A DNA stretch of 41,454 bases from contig JAPEUD010000015.1 of assembly GCA_026026165.1 (NCBI GenBank), forward strand, positions 372,001 through 413,454, given 5' to 3'. The notes below the pieces were generated by a model. That model was not told where the DNA came from, ran no database searches, and saw nothing but the letters and a program-made list of their open reading frames with translations. Shown here piece by piece: positions 1 through 11,349 of this stretch. Made by a program: the position numbers and the translations under genes. Source of the stretch: Sarea resinae (taxonomy: Eukaryota). Position 1 is the stretch's first letter. Every line of letters starts with the position of its first letter.

Positions 1-338
1 GGGTGGGGGGAAGAGAAGCGGCATGAGACGCGACTTGACGATTCGGATGATAGCTATTCTTGTCATATTTGATTTAGTTAAGATGGATTGAATTGAATTG
101 AAATGGAATATGTAATGATGTCGATTCTTCCCTTGCAGAGGGTGTTTTCCATCTAGTGATCTAGTGACCTTGTGGGTGATCTTATGAGCGAGTGAGTTGA
201 GGACGTGTGAGCGAGAAGACCCAAGACCCGGAACTCGGAGATTAGTGGAAATAAAACGAGGCACAGAAAAGATAAGTCTCTATATACGATATTCGCTTTT
301 CAAAACTCCCATATCCACGTCCACGTCTACGTCTGTGT

Positions 339-3026
339 CTACGGAGGCGCCGGCGTCCCAGCGCCTTGTCCCTGTCCTTGCCCTTGACCTTGCCCTTGTC
401 CTTGCCCTTGTCCTTGCCCCGTCCCCGACGTCCAGCTCTGCGCCCCGCCAGCCATGCCACCATTCTCCGCGGTGCCCAAGTCCGGCAGAAAACCCCCGGC
501 GCCACCGGCCTGGCTCTCCAGTCCCATTCCCGCGCCTGCGCCCGCACCCATGCTCATACCCATACCCCCCATGCCCAAGGCGCCCATGCCCATGCTCCAG
601 CCGATGTCGGACCAGAGCTCGTCTTCGAGCATCAGTGGTAGGAAACACTCGTCGGCGCTGAGACCGCGTTGCATGGAGATGGCGGCCGCGGTGGTGGCGG
701 CGGTTGGGTCCGACGACGACGAGGATGGTTGCGCCCATGGACGGCATGGCCCTGATCCCGGTCCTGATCCTGATGGCGCGTTATCTGCTCCGGCTGGGCC
801 GTCAGTACGGAGGAAAAGCGAGATGGTGGATAAGAAGTGAAAAGAAAAGGAGAGAGGGAGGGTTGGGGGGGGGGGGCGGCTGATGTCTGGATGGACGACT
901 TACTCTCGGTGGAATTCACACCGCCACCACCACCGCCGCCGCCGCCGCCACCACCACCGTGCTGGTACAACGACGGCTGGCCGCCGAATTCCTCGCGCCA
1001 GTACCAGATGCAATCGAGGGCCAGGCTCGTGGCCAAGCGGCCGCGGATCCGCAGTCGATCAGTCGGCTCGCCGTCCGGTCGGCGAAACACGCGCTCGCTC
1101 GTCCAGAGCTGGGCCATGATCGTCGACAGCCGAGCGGGCAGATCGTTGTTCTCGACGCTGAATTGCTTCAACAAGGTCACGGCCGTTAGCAGTAACGTCT
1201 TGCCGCCCTCGCGATCGACGAAGCGCGCGAATGGCGATTTCAGTAACCGTAAGAGCGAGAAGCCGGCAAGGATGGCGCCGTGGAAGATGTACGCGGGTGA
1301 GTAGGAGACTAGGGACATGGTTTTGTCGAGCGAGACAATGTGCTCGATGATCTCACAGGCCGAGGTGTAGAGCCTCGTCAGATCGGGGGGATCGATGTCT
1401 TCCAGGGAGCGGAAGAGGTGCAGTACGAGAATTGCGTTGCGCGACATGGCGAGGTAGAGTTCGTCGAGGGCTGGAATGGCCATCTGTTACTCAAACATTC
1501 GGCCCTTAAATGGAAACGCTAACAAACCTGAGAGGGACGAGGATTCCAGTTCGAGGTCTTGTATTTGGCCTTCGAACGCCTTCAGGATGATGCACATGGA
1601 GCGTTCCTGTTGCGGTGTCTCCAAGCCCAGTCCATTGTCGAGCACAGCCAAGCTGGCTTTGCTCAAAAGATTCTGGAGGCGGAGCTGAAAGTAGAGGGTA
1701 TCGGGAAGGGCTTGCCGCAGTCTTTTGCGTGATTCCCGGTCTTGGACCGCTTCGGCGGTGACCATCGGTGCATGGCCGAAACTGAAACACGCTCTGTGAT
1801 GCGTCAGTAAGGCAGCATTATCGCAAGCTGGAGGACTACCTCTGATACGCAATCTGACAATACGCCCAGAGTTTGCTCCGTCTCTGGAGCTCCGACTCGC
1901 TCAAGATGATCTTTGTCTTCGAAAAGTCTTGGCTCATGTTCGGGACGTGAAGACCCATCCTCGCGGCCATATGGATCATCGACCCACTCAGCGTATGCGT
2001 GACATCTTTGAGCGATGAGTTCGTGGGGAAAGGCCATGTCAGGAGGATTAAAAAGGCCTTGATGACTTGAATCGAGCGACTTGCGCCAGGTACCTCTTTG
2101 AGTGAATTGAGAGCTAGGTTGATGACGCGAGTGGCCATGGACAGGAAGAGGGTTGGATCTTTGGCGTATTTGCGCGATCCGACCGCCACGATGACCCAGA
2201 ATAGAAAGGGGCATTGCGAGTAGTGGACGTCGGGGTGGACGCTGCTGTTGACGATGGGGATGATCGAAGAGTAGTGTTGGAAGTATCTGAGCCGTCAGTT
2301 GTGTTGATGCCCTGGGGGCGTTATCAAACATACTCATCGAACAGGTCACTAATCGTATTTGATTCCAGTCTGAGTCCATCCAGTACCCTTGGTGTCGGCG
2401 GTCCATGCGGGCTCACCGTAGGCTGCTGTGCTCGAGTCGCGGAATCCTCGATTTTGTTCCAGTCGGATGCCGCCAGACGAGCGCCTTCACCGGCGATGCT
2501 GTTCGGCAGAAGCGAGGCCGCCGAAGACAGGGCTTCGAGGGTATACGGAGAGCCTCGAGCATTGTGACCTCCATGACCGGAATGGTTCGTGACGGAATGG
2601 ACAGAGAGGCGATTGTGAGCTGACGAAGCTGGGGTTGCTGGTGCCTCGTCCAGTCTTGGTTCTTTGCTTGGCTCATGATCCGAGTCGGAGAGTTTCCTGC
2701 AGATTGGACGTCAGGCATGTCAGGTATTGCGGCGGCGGTGGCAGCGACAGTGATGACGAGATCAAGAGACCATACTTGCGCTTCGGTGTCCTCCGGAACG
2801 GATCCGAGATGCGACATTCGAGATGGAACTTTCGGCATCTGCTGCATGGACTGGCTAGATCCAGATATGCATCACAGCGGACCTGATGGATGTGCGGATG
2901 AGTGGGAGAGGATAGAGGAAGACGGGGACGGGAGAGGACGCATACCTTCTGTTGGCGACATTCGGTGCACGCCTTCTTGATGACGCGCTTCTCGGTGGGC
3001 CTAACAGAGGAAGTCAGCGGCCTGTT

Positions 3027-3080
<54 letters not shown>

Positions 3081-3190
3081 ATTGGTGTTGTTGATGCTGC
3101 TCGTGCTCAGGCCCGAGATGTCTTTCAGGCGGCCGAGTTGACTTACGGTTGAGGCTGGTCGGACGTATCATCGGCCTCGCCAGGCTCCAT
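339..3190 (-). CDS. Zn(II)2Cys6 fungal transcription factor with middle-homology region (Leu3/Sef1-like), about 7 introns
   Basis: Manual splicing gives MEPGEADDTSDQPQPPTEKRVIKKA-CTECRQQK|VRCDAYLDLASPCSRCRKFHLEC (C-x2-C-x6-C-x8-C-x2-C-x6-C). Introns have GT donors, mostly CTGAC/TAAC-type branch sites and YAG acceptors, at approx. 3001-3146, 2883-2945, 2697-2775, 2288-2332, 1794-1839, 1485-1528 and 785-903. Central region reads YFQHYSSIIPIV..CPFLFWVIVAVGSR..LLTWPFP..MAARMGLH..LWAYC. The C-terminus is low complexity (poly-Gly, GM and GQ repeats). Stop TAG at 339-341. Confidence 0.9.
3023..3093. repeat. (TTG)n/(CAA)n trinucleotide microsatellite, about 17 perfect units plus degenerate flanks, inside the predicted first intron of the TF
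   Basis: Directly visible. It lies between the minus-strand donor GTAAGT (3146) and the branch/acceptor GCTGAC..TTAG (3001). Confidence 0.95.
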
Positions 3191-3930
3191 GGTTCGGCGG
3201 CGATGCTACAGACATCGGCCTGCGAGCGTTCCCTCTCTCTCTCGACGTGGACGAAGCTCTCTCCGCGGCCGACGTTGGATGAAGCCAAAGCCGTCCTATT
3301 GACCGCGATTGATCGGGTGCAGGACGAAAAAAGAGGCCAAGGCGTGGGTGAAGAGATGGATTTGCCTGCACCGTACGCGTGGTGGTGTCGCGGACAATGC
3401 AGAGTGCAGTCAGTCGATCGCTTGCTCCATCTCGGCATTGTCGCGCCGATCAGCCGATGATCCCCCTCCCTCCCCCTCGCCAATCCATCATTTAGCGACC
3501 GATGCTCTCTTTCATTCACCATTTGCTCGCCGAATGCTTTCTCTTCCTCGGAGACGAAGAGATCAAGCAAATGCGATAGTGATGGAGGAGAGAGGGGAGA
3601 GGAGAGAGGGGAGAGGAGAGAGGAGAGAGAGGGGAGAAGAGAATCATCATTCCAATTTGGATCCCACGGCTTGCATTTGCTATCAAGACATCTATGGATG
3701 ACCCCAAGGTCGACGGGCTCTATCGTCTACGTTCCGATGATCATGACCTGGAGAAAGTTCTGAATCGTTCCCTCGTTCGTTGATATAAGAAAGAAAAGAT
3801 CCAACTCGATATGTACCCCACGCACGCCAACGCCGCGGCCTCTCTCAGCCAACCCAACAAGGAGCCTCCCTCTCGGCATTCATCCCTCCCCGCCTGCCTT
3901 ATCGAACACTGATACCAACACAGAACCAAA

Positions 3931-5817
3931 CTAATCCCACTGCTTCAAAAATTCCAGTGCACCGTCCAATTCCCTCTCGATCGCGCGCATATGGGCATCA
4001 CTCCTCGGACTAACTCGGATGCGATATGGCATCGGCCTCGTTAGAATGGCACTCGTATATGCATGCTCATCCAGCTCCACGGGCTGCTTGGTCACAGGAT
4101 CCAGCGCCGGCGCGATGTCGAACGCCCACAGCAGCTTCGCCGTGATACGCCACATGTTGCGCTCGGCGAGGTGGATGCCGGGACACATGCGACGGCCGGC
4201 ACCGTAGCCGTAGTGGTCGCGCTTCGCCCAGTCCGGGCCCACGGCGTAGTCGTTGGCGAGTTTGGGATGGTCGAGGAATCGGTCCGGGTTGAATTTCTCG
4301 TGCTCCGGGTAGAGCTTCTCGTTTTGGTGCATGGCGTAGATTCCGATAAAGATGGTCGTGTTTTTGGGGATGAACATGCCTTCGTATTCGTCGTCTGGGA
4401 CACGAAATGTTAGGTCTAGGGCATATATGGCTGGATTCAGTTGCTTACCTTTTGTGACGAGATGAGGAAGGCCGGCGTGGGCGCTGGAGAGAGCGAGATT
4501 TAGAAGGGGTTTCGATATGAAGGCGGAGAAGGATGAAACAGGGGACTCACGTTGGCCGCCATCGCATGCCCTCTTTGACGATAGCATTGACATAAGGTAG
4601 CTTGTCGAAGTCGGAGAACTGCGGCGCTCGGTCCGCGCCACAGACGGCGTCGATCTCCTTGCGCGCCCTGAGCTGGAATTCCGGGTATTTGGCCAGTGCC
4701 AGAATCAGGGTCAACATCTGGTTGGCGGTCGTGTCGGCACCGGCCTCGAGCAGCTCGCCAAACAGATTATTGAAGGCGTGTGGGGACATCGGATACCCAT
4801 TTTTGTTGTACTCGTCCAACTTGGTGTCGATGAGACAGTCGCGCTTGTCGCCCTTGAGCCGGCGCGCGTCGACAATCTCCCGCGCCCGGTCCCATACGTC
4901 ATCCATCGACTGGCGCGTCTTGTAGGCGCGCTTTTTCCATGATCCGGGAAGGTACCAGAGGAAGGGGAATTCCTCGACTGGGGGGTTGGCGCCGGCTTCT
5001 TGGGTCGCGAGCCACTGTCAAGAACAACGAAAGGTAAGTAAACGGTTTTGGTAGGAACTGGAAAGGCGGAAACGGCAACGATGGATGGAGGAGCTAGCTG
5101 TACCTGTTCTAACATATCGTAGACATCTTTGTTCCAGAAAGCATCAAGCGTTTTGGCCCGATGCCCGTAGATGAGGACACCAGCTACTGAGGCCGTGTAG
5201 AGTTTGGCGTAGCTGAAGATGTCCTCGGGATGACGCAATAGGTTGTTCATGAAGACGACGGCCCTGGGAAGGTCAGCCGTGCGTGTTCAGTAGATTCAGC
5301 CAATAAAGCGGCTGCTTACTCGGCCTCTTGAACGTGAAAGTGCTTCTGGTCCAGTTGCATCGGATTGAAGTTGCGAGTCACAATGGATCGCTTGTCCCTC
5401 CATGACGGCCCCTGGTTCTCCAACGTCAAATGATCACCGTGTGTGACAAAATTGGCTACAGCCATCTGTGGTCGATCAGAGTAGATGCTGCCCTTTTTGT
5501 TCAGGAGATCGTTGACCGCCTTTGGGCTGCACAGGACGACGATATTCGTTGGGCCGACCTTGAGCGAGAAAATGTCGCCGTACTGCTTTGACCATTCGGC
5601 AAATCTATGGAAAGATCTTAGTTACAAAAATCGCAAAAATGGTGCATCCTGCTCACTTCTTCCCGAGACCAGTTGTGGGAATCTGATGCGCATTTCCTAT
5701 TATAGGAGCTGTTGGTGGCCCTGGAGGCATCCGGGGATGGCGGTTCCCCATCGTGAACAGTCGAAACCCGGCATAGGCCACGACCACGCCAAGCAAGGCA
5801 TAAATGATAGCAGTCAT
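3931..5817 (-). CDS. Cytochrome P450 monooxygenase (CYP64-like group, which includes aromatic/phenolic hydroxylases), 5 introns
   Basis: N-terminal membrane anchor MTAIIYALLGVVVAYAGF followed by PPGPP..PIIGNAHQIP. I-helix ELLEAGADTT, K-helix KEGMRWRP, PERF-like FNPDRF, heme motif YGYGAGRRMCPGIHLAE. Introns at approx. 5603-5657, 5264-5319, 5015-5103, 4484-4550 and 4396-4448. Confidence 0.95.
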
Positions 5818-7267
5818 GTTGAAAAGATAGTGCCGTTGATCGATGTGTCGAGCTCAGACTCAGTTGCCGGAGACGGCATCTCTATATTAATATTGACCTG
5901 GTATAAATGGAAAGTTTCCGAATTCCGACCTAATGGGCCTCTCGGCTGTAGAGGGTGTGTCGGACTAGGCGAAAACGAGGAACGATTGACCAGAAATGAT
6001 TGACCGCTGGGATGGTAAGGTCGGCGGACCGCGGAGAGTGCGGGGAAGTGTATGGGGAATGTGGAGAAGCGCGCGTATTAGCGCGACAGGGTTCAATCCG
6101 GGGTAATTTCCGGACCAACTTATTGAGTCATTGCTCTCTCACTTTCTACTGCGATCTGCCCCCATCGGCCAGATTGATCCCCGTTCCAACACAGTGTCAC
6201 GCTTAGCGTGTCGGCAGACGTATCTAGGTCGGAGCCGGGACGTGGCTGGAGGGGTGGCCAGTCCCCTTATAGGCGGCGACAGAGAAGGAAGGATGCACAT
6301 CCAGGCTGTCAAAACCTGTAACCGAGCCGCCATTGGGCTTGAGTCCATGAGTAGACATCGTCTTGACGATCCCCCATGGGAGACCGGCCGAGTATCGAGA
6401 GGATGCTGCGCTTTGCGCGACCGACGTGACCCACCAGGGCTGTAGCCACAGGGTCCGCCCTTTGTCCTCATCATGAACTCATTCCCGCTCCTCTTCGCCC
6501 CCACATTTTACTTGTTCTACCCCTGTCCCAGCGAATAAGCATCCGCTTGTGTTCTCGGTTTGACAAGGCTGGGCACATTGAGGTAGAATCTGATTTCCGG
6601 GCCCAGAGACGACGGGATGAATGGAGATTGGAGTGCTCATGAGAACACATAGTAGTGAGTAATGTGAGTACACACAAAGAATATCGTCGGGACAAGGCAT
6701 CGCAGCACATGAGGCAGTTGGTGCTACAAGCACCAGCAAACACCAGACTGAGGGCAGCCATCCATGGCTGCTTCCTCGAGAATCCACCATCATAGACCGG
6801 GCAAGCAATCGGCGATCCCTTAAGAGCGTCTGACGTCCCACATTAGTGCCTTCTTCCTCTAGAGTAGTCTAGGGCCCTCAGCTTCCGCCTTGATCAGCGA
6901 TTGGAACTTACGTGCTCCGGCTTGACCCCCTTATCTAAGCCCGTCGTCGTCAGAGTTGTTGGATTGCCATCGATCTGATTGGTGAGTGCGCGAATTCAGG
7001 GCCGAAGGGTCTAGGGTCTCGGTGGCCAACCCTCCTATCCTCCTCGATCGTCGGGCTACTCGTAAGCTTACTCCAAGTGTCCGGAGGGAGTAGAGTACGC
7101 AATAGAGTAAAGTACGCCACGCTCCGCTCAGCTCCCTTCGGCCATTCATCTAGCGCTTGACGGCAACTGCCCCCCCCCAACTCCGACGGCCTTTCTCCAC
7201 ACGACCTAGTCGCCTGCAGACAGGCATCAGCCAAAGTTCCGCCGGTGGGGGGTCAACATACCACGAC

Positions 7268-7918
7268 ATGTCGGACGACACGCCTGGTCGTGAGATCGAG
7301 GTCCCTTCGCGGGTGACGTTGCAGGTGGGCGGCCGACGCTTTACCACCACCATCGACACGCTGGCAGAGGAGAGCGCGTATTTTGCTGCCCAGCTTTCCG
7401 GGAGCTGGGGACATGCCATCGATAAAGGCAACCTCTTCATCGATGCCGATCCCGACCTGTTCGAGCATGTCCTCCGGTACCTGAGGCGCCGCGTTCTTCC
7501 TATCTTCTACGACCGAGCGAAGGGCCACGACCGCGCGCTCTACGGTGCTCTTCTGGAAGAGGCAAAGTATTTCCAGATCCCGCGGCTGGAGAAGTGGCTC
7601 GAAGAGAAGACCTATCTTCAGGCAGTGACCGTAAAGCTTACTACGTACGAGGTGGAAGGCCTCGACCAGGTTCCGGAGATGAGGCCCGCGGACATGGGGG
7701 CTGAGTATCATCCTTTCTGGAAGACGACAGGAAACATGATATACACCTGTCCGCGCGGCATCTTCAAGCACAAAGGAGATCCGTCGGCGTGTGGTAGGGC
7801 ATGCAGGAATGCGAAGATCATCGGCCGCAGCGATTATGTGGAAGAGGAGGCCTTGAAGACGCTTGTCATCTGCAGAACTACGGTGTTCAATCACCAACTT
7901 TGCACTGCAGGACGGTAG
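7268..7918 (+). CDS. BTB/POZ (KCTD/T1-type) domain protein with C-terminal Cys/His motif
   Basis: VTLQVGGRRFTTTIDTL..ESAYF..LFIDADPDLFEHVLRYLR..LLEEAKYFQIPRL is a KCTD-type BTB signature. The C-terminus carries YTCPRGIFKH..CGRAC. First ATG at 7268; intronless. Confidence 0.88.
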   Translation: MSDDTPGREIEVPSRVTLQVGGRRFTTTIDTLAEESAYFAAQLSGSWGHAIDKGNLFIDADPDLFEHVLRYLRRRVLPIFYDRAKGHDRALYGALLEEAKYFQIPRLEKWLEEKTYLQAVTVKLTTYEVEGLDQVPEMRPADMGAEYHPFWKTTGNMIYTCPRGIFKHKGDPSACGRACRNAKIIGRSDYVEEEALKTLVICRTTVFNHQLCTAGR

Positions 7919-8394
7919 ATCGCCACGTTCTCACGTATAGATATCACCAGGGTATCCGAAATCGTGCTCTGACTTACATCCTTGATTGAAGTCCAATTTC
8001 GAACGACGAAACAGCTACCCTGCCCGCTGCCTCAAGCACTCTCTCTTCGTCGAGCAAATCACCGGGAAGAACAGATGCCATGTGTTTCCTCAAACGTACT
8101 CGATCCGTGCTTAATATACACGAGCTTATTCTCTAGACCCGATAACCCAGTAAGCACGTGCTGAAACACAGAATCCCTTCCATTGAATAGGTCCCGGCGT
8201 TCTGTTTCCCACATCCCTGAACCATCAATCGAGCGCCAAGATTGCCCATCTGGATCCCCATGCTCCGTCTAAGCACAGGTCACAACACTAAACCGAAACC
8301 GTCTTTCACATTGACCTTGTTCAAATATCGTTCCTCTTGCATCGGAAAGCCTCCGCTGTTGTCGGGACCATGACCACGGCATGCTCTGACCAGG

Positions 8395-8910
8395 TCAGAA
8401 CCCACTCCCGTGTTGCATCCCCAAGACCTCTCCCTTTTGCTCCAAGTAGTCATCGTTTTCCTCATCGATGATCTCAGCATCTTCAAGCGCATTGAGGAGG
8501 TCCGTCACGTAGTCTTGGCCGCTCCACCAGAGCTCGTCATTCTTCATCGGGATTGCAGAAGCTATTTCGATTATTTGGGCGATTTGCTCGCTCGTTACCG
8601 TTGCAAAAAGCGGCACCATCTTTAGGAGTTTCGGGTCTTGGCGCGCATCTCGTGTTTCGTACTCGAATTGATAGTGACCGTAGGAACCCGTGGCCTGAAA
8701 GAGGAGTTTCTCGCTGTCCATGTCGCCGTCGATGAAAAGTGCCCAGTGGTCGGAGGATCGTCCTTGCTGGTTGAAAATTGCCAGGCTGAGAGGTATGGTT
8801 GCAGATGAAGACCTCATGACGGCGACATCTTCAGGCGAAGATGGTGATTCAGTTGAACGGTCCGTGGTATATTGGCTCACAGAATGCCGGTTTGACGATG
8901 AAGATGACAT
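8395..8910 (-). CDS. DUF6540-like small fungal protein
   Basis: HWALFID..LFQATGSYGHYQFE..IP..W..QDYVTDLLNALEDAEII matches the recalled DUF6540 pattern (HWALF...NCQDYV..L..L). First ATG at 8910; an alternative ATG lies near 8818. Confidence 0.7.
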   Translation of the reverse strand: MSSSSSNRHSVSQYTTDRSTESPSSPEDVAVMRSSSATIPLSLAIFNQQGRSSDHWALFIDGDMDSEKLLFQATGSYGHYQFEYETRDARQDPKLLKMVPLFATVTSEQIAQIIEIASAIPMKNDELWWSGQDYVTDLLNALEDAEIIDEENDDYLEQKGEVLGMQHGSGF

Positions 8911-9478
8911 GATCGTGACGAATGCTATCAATGTTTTCGTAATGGCCGGTCTAAATGTTGCTGTAGCTGCAAAGAAAGAGCTCTCATCTTGAGAGCCATG
9001 TTATATACTCCCACAAACAAGACTCTGGGCAGTGAATGTCTTGACACGAGACCGTGTCCGGGTACGGAAGTTGCGACCCAGCGTTGGTTTCGCTCTCTGC
9101 CACAGTGAATTTCCTTGAAATCCACCGCTCATCTGCCCATGCCGTACAGAAACAAAGCATCCAGCGATCGCATGCCCTGATCTCTTTCTTGAACGTTGTG
9201 TCTTCCGGTACATCCGACCAATCCAACTGGAGGCTTCCGTCGGTCCTACAAAGCCACCTCTGACCCATCACCGTGTGGCTCATTCTGATGAGGGCAAGAT
9301 CCAGCCAGACCATTGATCGCTACTTGCGGATGGCAAGCTGTGGGGAGGATATGAAGGAGGGGAAGCATCATGACTTGCCTTGTCACGGCCTGGCCCGATG
9401 ATGATGTTGAGATGTTAGTTAGCTAAATAAGCATTAGCGGGCAGTCTGAGATATTGGATTCAAATTTCAAATTCACGA

Positions 9479-9507
9479 CTGCCTGCCTGCCTGCCTGCCT
9501 GCCTGCC
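9479..9507. repeat. (CTGC/GCCT)n tetranucleotide microsatellite, about 7 units
   Basis: Directly visible: ctgcctgcctgcctgcctgcctgcctgcc. Confidence 0.9.
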
Positions 9508-10089
9508 GCCCATAAACAGCATGCCTCCACACGAAGGTTGTTGCCTGCGAAGGTGGGAATAACTTCAGAGCATATCCAGGTGAGGTAGAAGAGTACTCTT
9601 AGTGGGCTACCGAGTCAGTAGAGAGCACCATGATATGGACACGGTTCGTAACCCAGACTTGAGGTCTGATGTCGACAGCTCAACGGAAATGGTGGTGATG
9701 TTGGTGGAGTAGCTCCAGGTAAGCTACCTTAGGTACTGAGTAGGTACGAAGAGTGCCTACTGCTCGGGGCCGAGCACGTTGGTACCACTACGTAGTTGCA
9801 ACGACGTCAGGCACTTACTCCGGAGGATGTGAAACTAATCTCGGGTTGCAGCCGAGATGGCACGATAATGATCTTTTTTCCCTGCGTCAATCTCTCCTCG
9901 ATCAAATCTCAGTTCATTGCATTGCATTGCAGCGTATTGTATTGCTCTTGGCACCACGCCACGCCCCCCGAACACCTCTACACGCCTACATCTATACAGT
10001 CGAACCCTCGACGGCCACCAAGAAAACATCTTCCTCCTACTGTCTGCCCCTTGCACACGGCCCGAGGACATCCATCAAGACGACCGACA

Positions 10090-11349
10090 ATGGGGTCCGA
10101 GGCCATACGCCGCGAGCTTCAATCCCACCAGGACTTCCTCGAACAGACGCTCGAGGACCACCAAGTCAAGACCGCGCGCGGCCTCGCACAGATCGAGCAT
10201 GGCTTTGACGGGCTGTACCACCAGACGGCCAAGGTGTGGCTCAAGCTCGAATCCGTTACCAAGCGAGCCGACGAGGGCGATGCGAAGATCAGGACGATGG
10301 ACAAGAGGTTTGATGCCGTCGACAAGAGGATCGATCGCATCGACAGGCGACTGGGCGTGATCCACCGCAGACTCGAGGATCTCCATGAGCGGTTTGGCAG
10401 AAGCCAGAGGGAAGCCATGAATGCTTCTCGCTGTCGAGCCTGGGAGCCCATCACACCCGTCGGACGCTACAATACCGATGGCCACTACGTCTATCCTGGC
10501 TTGATCCCTGGCACCGTCCGCCAGTTCTGGCTCCTGAAGTCTCCTCCATACGGTACGCTGGCCGTCTCTCCTCGATGGGCTGTCAATGCTAATGATGTAT
10601 CACGAACAGCGGACGAGTTATTCGAGTTGGCCGAATTCTACCAGATCGAACATTTCCAGGACTGGACATTAGACGACGTCCTCGTCGAGGGCGAGCTCAG
10701 TCCCTTGAGCAAGACCGAGATCCCGAGAACCCTCCGCGAAGCCACATATATGTATCCGTCCTTGGCGCATCGAGCTGTGGCTGGAGCTCTTGGTCTACCA
10801 TACGACGAGATCAAGAGGCAGATGGAGCGATTAGAGGACAACATCCCGCGAAACATACCAAGGGTGGTGACGCCGACTGACCGCACCATCTCCGCCGTGT
10901 GGTCATCGCCGAGGGAGCTGCCCGATAGGACGTCGACGATCCCGGACCGGCCACCAACTTCAACCGAACGCGGGGTCTCTGGCATATGGTCCTCTCCTTC
11001 TCGAGATTCCCCTTCGCGTGCAGTCTCGACTAGGCAATCGAATCGGACGTCAACGGACACTTCGGAGGACGGGCAGTCACTGAAGCCCGGCGGTCAAATT
11101 GCGCAGGTAGCCCACGCCGCCCATCCCATGCTCTCCCTGCACGAAGAACGGGAGCGGCCCCATCCACCAAAGCTCGCCCTCCGCGACGAACACGACCGTA
11201 TCACTCCCGCCAACCTCTCCCTCCACGATTCGCGCGAACGCAATGGGAATGGAAATGCCTTGAGGCGAGTGGGCAGTAACGACACAACCACGACAACCCA
11301 GTCCCGCAGTAAGATGGACTGGATCCAGGCTTTGATGGATCGCAATTAA
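10090..11349 (+). CDS. Coiled-coil protein with a Mug135-C-like domain and disordered Ser/Thr/Arg-rich tail; one probable in-frame intron
   Basis: ATG at 10090. Heptads MDKRFDA-VDKRIDR-IDRRLGV-IHRRLED precede N..W.PI.PV..YP..IP.TV..FW.L..LFELAEFYQI..AVAGALGL. Probable 57-nt intron at 10553-10609 (GTACGC..GCTAAT..ACAG). Confidence 0.7.
   Translation: MGSEAIRRELQSHQDFLEQTLEDHQVKTARGLAQIEHGFDGLYHQTAKVWLKLESVTKRADEGDAKIRTMDKRFDAVDKRIDRIDRRLGVIHRRLEDLHERFGRSQREAMNASRCRAWEPITPVGRYNTDGHYVYPGLIPGTVRQFWLLKSPPYGTLAVSPRWAVNANDVSRTADELFELAEFYQIEHFQDWTLDDVLVEGELSPLSKTEIPRTLREATYMYPSLAHRAVAGALGLPYDEIKRQMERLEDNIPRNIPRVVTPTDRTISAVWSSPRELPDRTSTIPDRPPTSTERGVSGIWSSPSRDSPSRAVSTRQSNRTSTDTSEDGQSLKPGGQIAQVAHAAHPMLSLHEERERPHPPKLALRDEHDRITPANLSLHDSRERNGNGNALRRVGSNDTTTTTQSRSKMDWIQALMDRN

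Noticed and set aside
197..1304. Multiple overlapping + strand ORFs (Pro-rich, His-rich)
   Set aside because: Antisense shadows of the GC-rich, repeat-containing TF C-terminal exons.
2902..3152. Poly-Leu / poly-Val ORFs and a possible poly-Asn or poly-Gln tract in the TF
   Set aside because: They come from the (TTG)n microsatellite, which lies within a well-signalled intron. The poly-Asn frame has no upstream ATG.
8984..9313. 109-aa Cys/Trp-rich minus-strand ORF
   Set aside because: No recognisable motif or splice support; it could be real but cannot be supported.
9796..10089. 5' extension of the 517-aa ORF
   Set aside because: Starts at TTG and reads like UTR; the first good ATG before the coiled coil is at 10090.
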